In this document: in pieces, positions 23,954 through 34,205 of the stretch | Layout of the letters: each line of letters starts with the position of its first letter | How positions within the stretch are numbered: the stretch's first letter is position 1 | Virus record (IMG/VR): IMGVR_UViG_3300031949_000077 | Location: 1-43,840 of that record | Strand: one strand, 5' to 3' | DNA from: a virus | Taxonomy: Duplodnaviria > Caudoviricetes | Length of the DNA: 43,840 nucleotides | Program-made: the position numbers and the translations under genes | Notes under the pieces: model-generated | What the model was told of the DNA's origin: nothing | The model's input: the letters and a program-made list of their open reading frames with translations, nothing else | Database searches by the model: none

Positions 23954-24672
23954 AAAAACAAGTAAGTATAGCAGTGCCAGTAGCGGAGAGTGTTCCTGTA
24001 GTGACATTTCAGACAGTACTTGCTTTAGTTAATTATGCTGCTATGAATGGAGTAGAGATACGACATATAGGTGTTACACATAGGCAGCTAATTGATGATG
24101 CAAGAAATGGACTAGCAGAAGCGTTTCTAGCTTCAGATACCGAGTGGATGCTGTGGCTAGATTCAGACATGACCTTTCCTAAAGAGACCCTTACGGAACT
24201 ATTTAAAGTAGCAGAAGAAAAGAATGCCAAGATGGTTACAGGCATTTATTACCAGCGCAGAGGAGAGAACCTACCAGTCTTGTGGAGCAGGGGAGAAGAA
24301 ACCGAGCACGCTGGACTATCTGGTGTAGAGAATCAAAGAGCTAAAGTTAATAAGTATGTCGGGGCTTTTGCGTTTCCTAACCCAAACAAGAAAGATCCGT
24401 TTAAAGTACATGCTGCTGGGTTTGGTTGTGTTTTAGTCCATAGGTCAGTGTTTGAGGTGTTAGACCGGCCATGGTTTAAGTTTCTGCCTGGCGTTTGTTC
24501 TGAAGACTTTTACTTTTTTGTTAATGCAAAGGAAGCGGGGTTTGATTTATGGGCTACCCCAAACCTAGACTTAGGTCACATTGGTGATGCACCCATAATC
24601 ACAAAAGCAGATTTTTACAAGAAGGCGCAAGACACAAGCCTCTCATGTGATGCTTTAAAACTAGGAGAATAA
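23950..24672 (+). CDS. Glycosyltransferase, GT-A fold (GT2-like)
   Basis: ARN, LWLDSD (DxD), GFGCVLVHRSVFE, SEDFYF, GH. Confidence 0.88.
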   Translation: MKKQVSIAVPVAESVPVVTFQTVLALVNYAAMNGVEIRHIGVTHRQLIDDARNGLAEAFLASDTEWMLWLDSDMTFPKETLTELFKVAEEKNAKMVTGIYYQRRGENLPVLWSRGEETEHAGLSGVENQRAKVNKYVGAFAFPNPNKKDPFKVHAAGFGCVLVHRSVFEVLDRPWFKFLPGVCSEDFYFFVNAKEAGFDLWATPNLDLGHIGDAPIITKADFYKKAQDTSLSCDALKLGE

Positions 24673-24673
24673 T

Positions 24674-24973
24674 ATGGAGAATGGAGTGGGATGGAAAGTA
24701 GTAGCAATAGACGGAGTTATTGGAGTGTCCGGTACTCCTAAACTTATTTATGGCTTATGTGTGCAGACAGATGCTGCTGATGCAACAGTTGTATTAAGAG
24801 ATGGTACGGCAGATACAGCTACAGCAGTTATTACAAGTACTACAACAAGTGGGGCGAATAGCGGACAACTTTTTCAATTTGGTGGTGTTGGTATAATGTT
24901 CCCGAATGGTTGTTTTGCTGACTTAGATGCCAACACGCTTGAAGTAGCCGTGTACTATCAAGAGGTGATATAA
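24674..24973 (+). CDS. Small beta-rich structural protein (paralog 1)
   Basis: GIMFPNGC motif shared with the next gene. Confidence 0.6.
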   Translation: MENGVGWKVVAIDGVIGVSGTPKLIYGLCVQTDAADATVVLRDGTADTATAVITSTTTSGANSGQLFQFGGVGIMFPNGCFADLDANTLEVAVYYQEVI

Positions 24974-25242
24974 TGAGTACTAGAATCAGTTACCAGGATC
25001 TAGCGGCTTCGGGAAGTGTTATCGCAGATGGAGTACCAGTAGTAATATACTCGATTAGTGTGGCTAATTCGGGCGGAGTACAGATCGAACTCATGGACTA
25101 TCTTACTAATGAATTCCCAGTTGCTGTTTATTCGAGTGCGGTAACAGAACAATTAAATTTTCCGTTTGGAATTATGTTTCCTAACGGATGCGTTGCGAAT
25201 CAAGCAAATGATGTTCAGTCTGTAGGATATAAGAAAGCATAA
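24973..25242 (+). CDS. Small beta-rich structural protein (paralog 2)
   Basis: GIMFPNGC motif; TAATG coupling. Confidence 0.6.
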   Translation: MSTRISYQDLAASGSVIADGVPVVIYSISVANSGGVQIELMDYLTNEFPVAVYSSAVTEQLNFPFGIMFPNGCVANQANDVQSVGYKKA

Positions 25243-25260
25243 AACAAGGGGAGTTCTAAA

Positions 25261-25842
25261 ATGATAGATGGTTATATTGATGAGATAATGATTAAAGAGA
25301 TTTCTAATTTGTTTCCTGACAAGGTGATTGTTATTAGAAATTTACCGAAACGTCTGGTATACGAAGAACGTGTAAAGATGGTTTCAAAGAAAGATCGGGA
25401 AGGCTACATTGTAGACGCATTAGTTCCTGACCCGAAGGGAGAATTAGTTGAAGTTTTAAAGGAGGGTCTTGAGCTTAGTAGAAATGGAGATGGTTCAATT
25501 GTATTCAATACTAGGAGACAAGTCGCTGCCGATGCACTAAAAGTTATTGACGCTTATGTGCAAGGAACGTTACCGAGAGATGTGGTTGTGCCTACACGGG
25601 TGGAGTACTCTTCCCAACGGAAGAATATGTTAGCTTCCCCTATTCCTCGGGTTCAGGTACCGGCAATAGACCTTCCAAAGATAACTCGGGCTGTTGTGGA
25701 CGTGGCATCTCCCCCAGCGAAAGCTGAGCCGCAGAAGCCAGCCCGAACTTTAACGCCTGATCAACGAGCGAGACGAGTAGAAATACTGCGCAAAGCACGT
25801 GAGGCAAGAGCTGCAAAAGCTGCACAAGCGAAACAAGGCTAA
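25261..25842 (+). CDS. Hypothetical protein with basic C-terminal helix
   Basis: 193-aa ORF; GGGGAG RBS. Confidence 0.65.
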   Translation: MIDGYIDEIMIKEISNLFPDKVIVIRNLPKRLVYEERVKMVSKKDREGYIVDALVPDPKGELVEVLKEGLELSRNGDGSIVFNTRRQVAADALKVIDAYVQGTLPRDVVVPTRVEYSSQRKNMLASPIPRVQVPAIDLPKITRAVVDVASPPAKAEPQKPARTLTPDQRARRVEILRKAREARAAKAAQAKQG

Positions 25843-25848
25843 AGTTAG

Positions 25849-25883
25849 AGGCTCCTGCTAGGTTATATTCCTGGCAGGAGTCT
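25849..25883 (+). terminator. 14-bp stem-loop between head and tail modules
   Basis: AGGCTCCTGCTAGG-TTATATT-CCTGGCAGGAGTCT; weak U-tract. Confidence 0.6.
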
Positions 25884-25905
25884 AATTTGAAGAGAGGATA
25901 AAAAT

Positions 25906-26811
25906 ATGCAATTTGTAGACCTATACACAAGAATAGCGGAAGAGACAGGACTAGATGTTACAGCTGATGCTACTAAACTAAAAGCATGGGTTAATGAAGC
26001 TTACCGCTTTCTTGCAGGACTGAGAGAATGGTCATGGATGCTTAAGAACGGAACCATTCAAACCACTGCTGATATTACCACGTTAACAGCTACTGTTAAT
26101 GCAGCTGCTACCGCTGTAACTTTATCCAGTACCTACGCTACCTCTCTTGCGAGTGATTACTACATTCAATTTTCTGACACATCTGATGACTGGTACCTAA
26201 TTACTGCTCACACAGCTGGAACCGACACTCTCACAATTTCGCCTGCTTATACTGGTTCTTCTAACCTAACAGCCGGTACTACTAAGATTAGGCGGGTATT
26301 TTACTCACTGGCTTCTGACGCAGATCGTATTATCGATATGTATGAAGCTATCGAGGATCGCCAACTAGTTTACGTTGATCCCCGAGAACTAGACCATCAA
26401 GTTCCAGATCCCACTTCCACAGGTACCCCGCAAGCCTACACCCTTCTTGGATATGACACAAGCAACGCTTGGAGAGCTCATTTTTATCCAATTCCTTCTG
26501 CCAAGATAAATATCCAGTATCGCTACTATAAAGGGATTACTGATTTAAGTGCAACTGGTGATGTCCCAGTCTTGCCCTCTAAATGGCACACAGGGATTAT
26601 CTTTGTTGCTTTATCTATGTTCGCTCATCCATATATCGACGATGACCGAATGGCTAGTGCTGAATCACGGGCTAGACAGGTAGTAAGCGAGATGATTAGA
26701 CAACAGAACCCTCTTCCTGATAAGCACACAGTTATCCAGCCATGGGATGCTCGGGGAAGATCCGTTAAACACATACCATTCCCATCTGATTTTGACCAGT
26801 ACGGGAGGTAA
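25906..26811 (+). CDS. Head-tail adaptor (tail tubular protein A-like)
   Basis: Helical N-terminus WVNEAY...WSW, YSL..D, GTP..Y, FYPIP, P..WH; position. Confidence 0.75.
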   Translation: MQFVDLYTRIAEETGLDVTADATKLKAWVNEAYRFLAGLREWSWMLKNGTIQTTADITTLTATVNAAATAVTLSSTYATSLASDYYIQFSDTSDDWYLITAHTAGTDTLTISPAYTGSSNLTAGTTKIRRVFYSLASDADRIIDMYEAIEDRQLVYVDPRELDHQVPDPTSTGTPQAYTLLGYDTSNAWRAHFYPIPSAKINIQYRYYKGITDLSATGDVPVLPSKWHTGIIFVALSMFAHPYIDDDRMASAESRARQVVSEMIRQQNPLPDKHTVIQPWDARGRSVKHIPFPSDFDQYGR

Positions 26812-26813
26812 CC

Positions 26814-28583
26814 ATGTACGCTGGTAAATACTTTACTGTTGGAGACTTTAAGGGTGGTTACGCTGGTAACTTACCCGCTACCCAAGTAGGTCTCAACCAA
26901 GCATACTCTTTAGACAACATAGTTCTTAAGCCAGAAGGCAAGGGCTGGAGAACTATTCATGGAACGATGAAATATCACTTAGCTTTATTGGTTGTTCAAG
27001 ATATTACATACACCGCTACAGATTTAGGAGCTGCAGGTACTGAGGTAACAATCGCTTACGTAGCTGGAGGAACAGCAGGTGCAGAAGTTGTAACAGTTAC
27101 AGATAGTGCTATCTCCATTGAGATTGAAGACGGGGTTTCTACTGCTACTCAAGTTAAGGCAGCTTATGACGCTTCTGCCGCTGCAGTGGCGTTAGCTACT
27201 GCAGCAATTACTGGAACCGCTGGAGACGCTCAGGCAGCTGCTGGAGCTACAGCCCTAGCGATAGCCGCTTTGAACAGCGGAGCTAATGTTCAAGGAATTG
27301 GCTTTTTAAAGCAAGCTGATCAAGATAAATGGCTAGCTGCTATTGTAGGAACTAAGTTTTATACCTCTAGCGAATATTCAGGTACGTGGACGGACTCTAC
27401 AGGGGCTTATGCGGGCATTACAGCAGGGGCAGCCTATAGATGGTCACTTATGACTTTTAACGACGCCTTGGTCGGATTTGGGGGCCTACAGACCTCTCCA
27501 GACGCCGCTCTGACCTGGACAGGAACTGGCGCAGTTGCTGCCTTATCTGGAGCTCCAGCTGCTTACGGAGGCTTTACTGCAAATAACAGAGTTTTTGCTT
27601 ATCGAACATCAGCTGACCCCTCAACCATATCTTGGTCTATTATTGGGTCTGCTTCTGACTGGAGTGGGGCAGGATCAGGTTCCGCAACAATTGGTTCTCT
27701 GTCAGACAACCAAACGATAACAGCAGCTGTTGTTATTAGCACAAACTATGTGCTTGTTTTTAAAGAGAATAGCGTTCACCAAATGGTTATATCTAGTGCT
27801 CCTTTTCCTGTGTATTCACTATTCGATAATGTGGGTACACCAGGTAAAACTAGTGTGGTTAACGTGGATGGAATAGTTTACTTTATCACCTCAAGAGGGG
27901 AGATGCGGTCAACGAACGGTGAGACAATTACCGAGTATCCCCCACTAGCAGATGACCTCTGGAACTCCGTACAGCCTTCTCAGTACAAGAACATCGTTGG
28001 GTTTAGAGAATCCAACACAGATAAAGACTGGTTAGTCTGGTGCGTTTCAACAACCGGAACAACGAATGACGTAGCCATTATCTGGGATTTACAAAACCAA
28101 TGCTGGCTAAGGTGTACTACTGGGTATGCAGCCAATGTCGCTGGACAAGACGATGTGAGCAATGTCTATCTTGGAAGTTACACAGGGTATGTGTATACCC
28201 CAGACACAGTTGGAGTCTACTACAACCAAGCATCTACAGCTCCAGGTACGATTACCTCTTACTGGAGATCTGGCTGGATTGTTCCGGAGAACATTGACAA
28301 GATTACTCAGATCAGAAAGTTTTCGGTTGTCTACGAGCCCAAGACAGCAGGGACTATTACCCTAAACTACGGGTATGATGGGATCGCTGATGGTTCATCT
28401 ACAACCTTTGCTCAAACAGCAGTTAGTACTGAGATATATGGCCAGAAGTCAGCTATCCTTTCAGGGAGAGGTAACACCTTTCAGTATAAACTGTCCCAAT
28501 CTAGTACGACTGTGGATATGGAAGTTAACAGCATTATTCTGTCAGGTAAGACATCAGGACAGAAAAACCAGGTGAATGACTAA
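26814..28583 (+). CDS. Tail nozzle / DNA-stabilisation protein (P22 gp10 / T7 gp12-like)
   Basis: F.GG, NNRVF, ISWS, LVFKENS, VYFITSRG beta-propeller pattern; follows the adaptor. Confidence 0.75.
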   Translation: MYAGKYFTVGDFKGGYAGNLPATQVGLNQAYSLDNIVLKPEGKGWRTIHGTMKYHLALLVVQDITYTATDLGAAGTEVTIAYVAGGTAGAEVVTVTDSAISIEIEDGVSTATQVKAAYDASAAAVALATAAITGTAGDAQAAAGATALAIAALNSGANVQGIGFLKQADQDKWLAAIVGTKFYTSSEYSGTWTDSTGAYAGITAGAAYRWSLMTFNDALVGFGGLQTSPDAALTWTGTGAVAALSGAPAAYGGFTANNRVFAYRTSADPSTISWSIIGSASDWSGAGSGSATIGSLSDNQTITAAVVISTNYVLVFKENSVHQMVISSAPFPVYSLFDNVGTPGKTSVVNVDGIVYFITSRGEMRSTNGETITEYPPLADDLWNSVQPSQYKNIVGFRESNTDKDWLVWCVSTTGTTNDVAIIWDLQNQCWLRCTTGYAANVAGQDDVSNVYLGSYTGYVYTPDTVGVYYNQASTAPGTITSYWRSGWIVPENIDKITQIRKFSVVYEPKTAGTITLNYGYDGIADGSSTTFAQTAVSTEIYGQKSAILSGRGNTFQYKLSQSSTTVDMEVNSIILSGKTSGQKNQVND

Positions 28584-31129
28584 TGGCTGTCCAGATACCC
28601 TTCCCTCTTCCGGCTGCTGGTTATGCCCTAAACTCAAAAGTTAGGGTTAACTTAGACTTCTTGGTGGATCAGTTTAACCAGTTTAATACTGGCACTGCTA
28701 CGTGGGATACCGTGGCTGTTGGTGTAGCCCTTAGCACAAACGGCGCAATAACACTTTACAATAGTACTAATCAGTATTACCTAACCCTACAGTCCGGAGT
28801 TACAGACTCTAACACAACTTATACACTTCCCACAACTGACGTAGCTGGTGTGCTTCTGTCTAATGGTTCTGGTACATTATCTTTTAGTGCAGGTCCGACG
28901 CTCAGCTCTCTTACAACTACTGGAAACGTTAATTCAGAGGGAGTTGTTAATGCATATGGTTCTTTTCGTATCAAGAATAACGATGGTTTTTGGTCAGCAC
29001 TAACAGCTAGCGATTATGCTGGATCTGACCTTACTTGGGTTCTTCCAGCTACCCTAGGTGCAGCATCAAACATCATATCTACAGATGGTTCTGGTAATTT
29101 AACATGGCTTGGAGCAAGAGCTAGTGTAGCATTAGATAACCTTGCTAATGTTGCTATTAATGATGCTTTAATCTCAGATACAGACAATACAGATGATTTA
29201 GGATCTAGTGCGAAGAACTGGAGAGATTTGCATTTAAAGGGAAGTGTAATCCTACAACAGACAGGAGTAGGAACTAACTATGTTGCTGTACAGGCTCCTG
29301 CTGCAGTAACAGGCTCATACACAGTCGCACTACCTGCAGCAGCTGGAGGAGCTAACACCTGCTTAACTGACGTTGGTGGTAATGGTTTCCTTTCTTGGGC
29401 TACAAGAATTACACCTGAATTAGATAACTTAGGTACTACAGCAATAAATGTCAGTCTAATCTCTGACACAGCAAACGAAGATGATTTAGGATCTTCTGCT
29501 AAACCCTGGAGAAGCATCTATGCTAAGACATCTTTAATCTTACAAGAAACGGGGGTGGGAACTGAGTCTGTTACAATAGTTGCTCCAGCTGCCCTAACAA
29601 CTTCATATACCTTAACGCTACCAGCAGATGATGGAACTACAGACTATGTACTGTCTACAGACGGTGCTGGAGTCCTTTCATGGAAAGATGTTACAGCTGT
29701 TGGTGGAGCTAATACAACGTTAAGTAACTTAGCAGATACAGTTGCTATTAACAAGAATTTAAATGATTTTAGTGCTGGTACAATTACAGCTTCTTTAACA
29801 GGCCACGCTAGTTCAGACTTACCTAAGACGGCAGGAGCTGACGAAGGACTCAGTGGAGACTTATATCTTAATGGTACTAGACTTGTACTGAAGTCTCCTA
29901 CCTACTCAGCATGGAAACTAATTGCTACACCAGATAATGCTATTACTTATACCTTAACTTTACCCACAACTTTAGGATCGACGGGACAGGTTTTATATGC
30001 CAGTGATGGAACTGGGACTTTAGCTTGGAAAACAGTTCTTAGCTCTGTAGTGGCTGCTGATATAGGGACAGAGGCTGCTACGGATGGGCAAGTCCTTACT
30101 TCCGATGGTGCAGGTAACGCTGCATGGGAGTCTATACCAGCTGCTGGAGCTACAACAGCTTTAGATAACCTAGCTTCGGTGGCTATCAATACCAGTCTTT
30201 TACCAGTTAATGCTGCAGTTATTAGTCTAGGAAGTTCTACTAAGTTTTTTGAAGATACACATACACATGATTTAGTACTGTATGACCATGATGTTGGTGC
30301 TAATGCAATAACTGTATCAGCTCCCGCTGCAGTTACGTCATATACTTTAACATTACCTGGAACTGACGGAGATGCTAACCAAGTACTTACTACTAATGGT
30401 TTGGGAGTTACTTCTTGGGCACCAGTGTCTGTTCAAGACTCCAATATTGACTCTGAAACAGCAACAGACGGATATGTCCTCACAGCAGATGGTGCAGGTA
30501 ATGCAGCCTGGGAAGCTGCAGCTAGTGCTGGAGCAACCACAGCTTTAGACAATCTAGCTTCAGTAGCCATCAACACAAGTTTAGTCAGTGACACCGATAA
30601 CACAGACGATTTAGGGTCTTCAACAGTTGCCTGGAAAGATGTCTATGTCAAAGGAAACCTCAAAGTAGGCTCCACTAGTTCCATAGAGTTCTCTGCGGCT
30701 GCTGCTGCCGGGATTAGAGGCACAAATACCAATGACAGTGCAGCCGCTGGTTTTGTTGGGGAAGCAATTAGCAGTTTTGCCGCAGGTGCATCAATCACAA
30801 CTACAGCCACTTATCAAGATATAACATCTATAGGTCTTTCCGCAGGAGACTGGGATGTTTCGTGTATAGGTTATTTTGATCAAGTTGGTGCTGTCCAAGT
30901 TGGTGTTGGGGTTTCAGTAAATGCTGGAAACACCGCTATAGGACTCACCCTTGGAGATAATTTTGTTTTTGGAGCGCCACCTACTGCAAATTACGATATG
31001 TCATTGGCTGTCCCTTCGTATCGGATATCTGTAGCAGGTGCAACTACTATATACCTTAAAGTAAGAGCAGATTTCCCCTCCGGCAGCTCTAGAGCCAGAG
31101 GCCGTATTTCAGCAAGGAGAGTAAGATAA
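28583..31129 (+). CDS. Tail fibre protein with internal module repeats
   Basis: Repeated YTLTLP..DG...QVL.TDG.G.LSW and ALDNLASVAINTSL.SDTDNTDDLGSS...W modules. Confidence 0.8.
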   Translation: MAVQIPFPLPAAGYALNSKVRVNLDFLVDQFNQFNTGTATWDTVAVGVALSTNGAITLYNSTNQYYLTLQSGVTDSNTTYTLPTTDVAGVLLSNGSGTLSFSAGPTLSSLTTTGNVNSEGVVNAYGSFRIKNNDGFWSALTASDYAGSDLTWVLPATLGAASNIISTDGSGNLTWLGARASVALDNLANVAINDALISDTDNTDDLGSSAKNWRDLHLKGSVILQQTGVGTNYVAVQAPAAVTGSYTVALPAAAGGANTCLTDVGGNGFLSWATRITPELDNLGTTAINVSLISDTANEDDLGSSAKPWRSIYAKTSLILQETGVGTESVTIVAPAALTTSYTLTLPADDGTTDYVLSTDGAGVLSWKDVTAVGGANTTLSNLADTVAINKNLNDFSAGTITASLTGHASSDLPKTAGADEGLSGDLYLNGTRLVLKSPTYSAWKLIATPDNAITYTLTLPTTLGSTGQVLYASDGTGTLAWKTVLSSVVAADIGTEAATDGQVLTSDGAGNAAWESIPAAGATTALDNLASVAINTSLLPVNAAVISLGSSTKFFEDTHTHDLVLYDHDVGANAITVSAPAAVTSYTLTLPGTDGDANQVLTTNGLGVTSWAPVSVQDSNIDSETATDGYVLTADGAGNAAWEAAASAGATTALDNLASVAINTSLVSDTDNTDDLGSSTVAWKDVYVKGNLKVGSTSSIEFSAAAAAGIRGTNTNDSAAAGFVGEAISSFAAGASITTTATYQDITSIGLSAGDWDVSCIGYFDQVGAVQVGVGVSVNAGNTAIGLTLGDNFVFGAPPTANYDMSLAVPSYRISVAGATTIYLKVRADFPSGSSRARGRISARRVR

Positions 31130-31404
31130 TGGAACTCTCATATCTTAAATACATAACAACAGACGTAGAACAAAAGATCTTAGAGAATGACCTTCTTGAC
31201 ATCAAAGACTGGATTGATAAAGCCATTGAAGGGAAGATCAACAACTGTCTTAAACGAGCAGCTAGTCAGTTTGATCAGGTGGCTATTCAGAAGAGCCTAG
31301 AAACTGTTCCAGCCAAGATTGAGAAGAAAGTTGAAGAACTGTTTAAGCAGCCTGACTATAAGAATCGAGCGCAAAGAGAAACGAACGTTACACAAAGCAT
31401 TTAA
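31129..31404 (+). CDS. Hypothetical protein, possible fibre chaperone
   Basis: TAATG-coupled to the fibre gene. Confidence 0.55.
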   Translation: MELSYLKYITTDVEQKILENDLLDIKDWIDKAIEGKINNCLKRAASQFDQVAIQKSLETVPAKIEKKVEELFKQPDYKNRAQRETNVTQSI

Positions 31405-31430
31405 AGTAAACATAGCCTGGGGAGGTTATA

Positions 31431-31892
31431 ATGGAATTAAGACGTATTAAAGAACTACCGAAGTTGTCACATTTAGCAATTGAACGAGCAGTTGAATCAT
31501 TTATCAAAGATTCACGTGTAAAGAATGTAGATCAAGTAGGGATGTTTAACCAAACTCTTGAGAGTATAGCACAAGCTACTATGTTTTCTAGTAATAATGC
31601 GCAACACTTCTGGTTAGCTGATAATGGATCAGATGTAATGGCTTATGCTATTGCTCATATCACCAAGGATATTGATAACCGGCTTACTTATATCATTAGC
31701 CAGGCTTGGGTAGCTAAAGAGCTTAGAGGCAAGAAGATTGTCAAGATTTGGTTTAACCAGATCCAAGAAGAGGCTAAGCGTAATCTTTGTAAGCACGTCA
31801 TGTTCCCAGCCTCTAGGGATGTAAAAGCGTATTTAAGATATTTAGGTCGAGACTATCACACGTATGCCACTTTAATTAAAAGGGAAATCTAA
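31431..31892 (+). CDS. GNAT-fold-like protein preceding ejection proteins
   Basis: ISQAWVAKELRGK...A....C..V.F; position typical of podophages. Confidence 0.55.
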   Translation: MELRRIKELPKLSHLAIERAVESFIKDSRVKNVDQVGMFNQTLESIAQATMFSSNNAQHFWLADNGSDVMAYAIAHITKDIDNRLTYIISQAWVAKELRGKKIVKIWFNQIQEEAKRNLCKHVMFPASRDVKAYLRYLGRDYHTYATLIKREI

Positions 31893-33190
31893 TGGAAGCT
31901 TGGTCCCAGAAATACGAAGACTACTATAGAAAGGCTGGTTTTGATGATGCCACTATCCGCAACTTACGGCGTCAACAGGAACGTCAATATAATCAAGAGC
32001 AGACATCATCTGCTCAAGAAGAGGCGTATACTAACACACTAAATAGAATACAGAATAAGACCGGTGCTCAGGTTGATTTGGGAACCAACAACATCCTGTT
32101 TGATGGTCAGACCTACAACCCATTTACTGGATCTTATACAGTTAAAGGCGATGACCCTAATAAGCCAGCCTACTGGTATGATGCAGATACGAAACAAACA
32201 TACTTAGGTGGAATTAATATGGGGTTTGACACTTCTGGTCAAAACTATTATGACCCTAGAATCGCTACCTCATTAAATGAAGAAGACTATGGAGTTGCTG
32301 ATAGTTGGGTTAAGGACATCGAAGACAGGATTCAGCAAGCTATCGAGCATGGTTCTAGAACCGGAGAAATCTCTCATGGATACAAGATAGAGACTGACAG
32401 AAGTAGAGTTGGCTTATTTCCTGGGGCTGATCCCAGCGAGAATTATGCTCAAGATGCAGCAGAGAGAATCAGGGGGTATAATATCGGCGATTACCTCGAA
32501 CGGGCTGATCCTGAGTTATACAAGCAGTATAAAATGATGCAGTCTCCTAATTTTCAAGCTGAGTATCTTAAACAAGCGTATGGAGCAGGAAGTTCTCGTT
32601 TAGGAGAGACTTATCAAGATAACTATTTTGACACGCTTAAGAGTCAGTATGCTGGGCTAGATGCGGGTTCCCAAGATCCAGCTAAAACATATGGTATAGG
32701 AGCTACTGACTCTTTTTTAAATAACCCTAATATGTCAGATGCAGTTAAGAGGTCTATTGTCCAAGACAGTATGACCAAAGGCTTAACAGTAGATCCTGCA
32801 GTTTTAGAGATGTATGGATTAGTTTCACAACCAAGCCAGGCCGCTCCTTCCGCACCAGGAGCCCCTGCAACACCTCCAGCCCCTCAGTCAACTCAATACG
32901 CTGAAAGTATGCTCTCTGGTGGAGAAGTACAGAAGCCGTGGAGTACAGACTTTGAAAAACAATTTTTAGATCAGATCAAGAGTATAGGTTCTTATCTTGG
33001 TCAGCAAAAGAGCAGTACACCGAATTATGGTTTTTCGTTGGGGTATGGAAGTAGTGGTACAGATACAGGACAAAGAAACAGTGGAATGGTTGCATCATCC
33101 CCAACATACGCTTCAGGCGCAACACCAGCAGGTGGATCACCTTCTACAGGAAAGGCTGGACCATCTAATCAAACATCAATGTGGAGCTAA
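31892..33190 (+). CDS. Putative internal virion/ejection protein
   Basis: 432 aa, Tyr/Gln/Gly-rich, low-complexity C-terminus; position. Confidence 0.6.
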   Translation: MEAWSQKYEDYYRKAGFDDATIRNLRRQQERQYNQEQTSSAQEEAYTNTLNRIQNKTGAQVDLGTNNILFDGQTYNPFTGSYTVKGDDPNKPAYWYDADTKQTYLGGINMGFDTSGQNYYDPRIATSLNEEDYGVADSWVKDIEDRIQQAIEHGSRTGEISHGYKIETDRSRVGLFPGADPSENYAQDAAERIRGYNIGDYLERADPELYKQYKMMQSPNFQAEYLKQAYGAGSSRLGETYQDNYFDTLKSQYAGLDAGSQDPAKTYGIGATDSFLNNPNMSDAVKRSIVQDSMTKGLTVDPAVLEMYGLVSQPSQAAPSAPGAPATPPAPQSTQYAESMLSGGEVQKPWSTDFEKQFLDQIKSIGSYLGQQKSSTPNYGFSLGYGSSGTDTGQRNSGMVASSPTYASGATPAGGSPSTGKAGPSNQTSMWS

Positions 33191-33202
33191 CAGGAGGATA
33201 GT

Positions 33203-34195
33203 ATGAGTGACTTTAATAAGTGGGTAGGGAATGACATAGCAAATTTTGTCTCCCGATATAGGAGACCGATAACAGGCACGCTTCTGGGAGGAGCAGGGGG
33301 TGCTTTATTAGGAGCTGGATTAGGTTCAGTTACTCCAGCTCTTGGGGCAGGGACTGGAGCTGCTTGGGGTGGTGCTATGGGTGGATTTGGTGGTTTAGCT
33401 GCTGGTTACACACGTGACCAAGAAAAGCGAGCAGAAGAAAGAGCCTTGATGGATAAAGTTAGGCAAGAAACAGAAAAAGGTCGGGCTGGTGAGGAGCTCG
33501 ATGCTATTCTTGACCCATATAAACCAGTCCCTACTACTTTTCCTGAAGACCCATATGTACCTCCTGTTGCTGTAAATCCTGGTGTTGATCCTCGTACTAC
33601 TGGCGATGAGGCTACGTTGCCCGGTCTTGACCCTAGACTGGGTAATATTCCTGTTGGTGGTGGTGCAGGTCCTGATGTTCAAACCATCATGGATGAGGCT
33701 GAAAGAGCCAAACAACTGCAGTTAGACCTCAGTGGTCAGCAGTCTACCTCCCGAAATGCCGCCAGAGCTGCGTTAGCGGAAATGTTAAATGCTCAGATGG
33801 AAAGACAGTTTAGTGACCAAATACCGGGTTATTTAGAAGATCTTAATTCTAAGGGCCTTCTTAGGTCCTCAGCCTTGGGTGACAGACTCTCCACTGAACG
33901 GTCAAAGATGGCTGCTGGTGTTAACGAACAGCTAGCCTTGCAAGGGATTCAAGATCAGTATGGATCTATTGGAGAGTTAACTGGGATTCAAGATCAGTAT
34001 CTAGGTGCTCGGCAAGGGGCTCTTGGACGGAAGTTTTCTTTAGAGGACTACGCTCGTCAAGTGGAAGCCTCTAAACTCCTTGGACAAGCAGCAGCTCCCG
34101 TTACCCCGTATTCTGGTGGAGGTAAGTCAGGAGCTGGTCAAGCAGGATTAGCTGGAGCCAGTGCAGTGGGTTCCATTGCTGGACTAGGGAAATAA
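33203..34195 (+). CDS. Putative DNA ejection (pilot) protein
   Basis: N- and C-terminal glycine-zipper hydrophobic segments with a helical core. Confidence 0.65.
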   Translation: MSDFNKWVGNDIANFVSRYRRPITGTLLGGAGGALLGAGLGSVTPALGAGTGAAWGGAMGGFGGLAAGYTRDQEKRAEERALMDKVRQETEKGRAGEELDAILDPYKPVPTTFPEDPYVPPVAVNPGVDPRTTGDEATLPGLDPRLGNIPVGGGAGPDVQTIMDEAERAKQLQLDLSGQQSTSRNAARAALAEMLNAQMERQFSDQIPGYLEDLNSKGLLRSSALGDRLSTERSKMAAGVNEQLALQGIQDQYGSIGELTGIQDQYLGARQGALGRKFSLEDYARQVEASKLLGQAAAPVTPYSGGGKSGAGQAGLAGASAVGSIAGLGK

Positions 34196-34205
34196 GGAGA
34201 AGACT

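Noticed and set aside
30067-30580. Diversity-generating retroelement TR/VR pair in the tail fibre
   Set aside because: Differences are mostly synonymous and not adenine-specific; both copies are in frame; no reverse transcriptase gene
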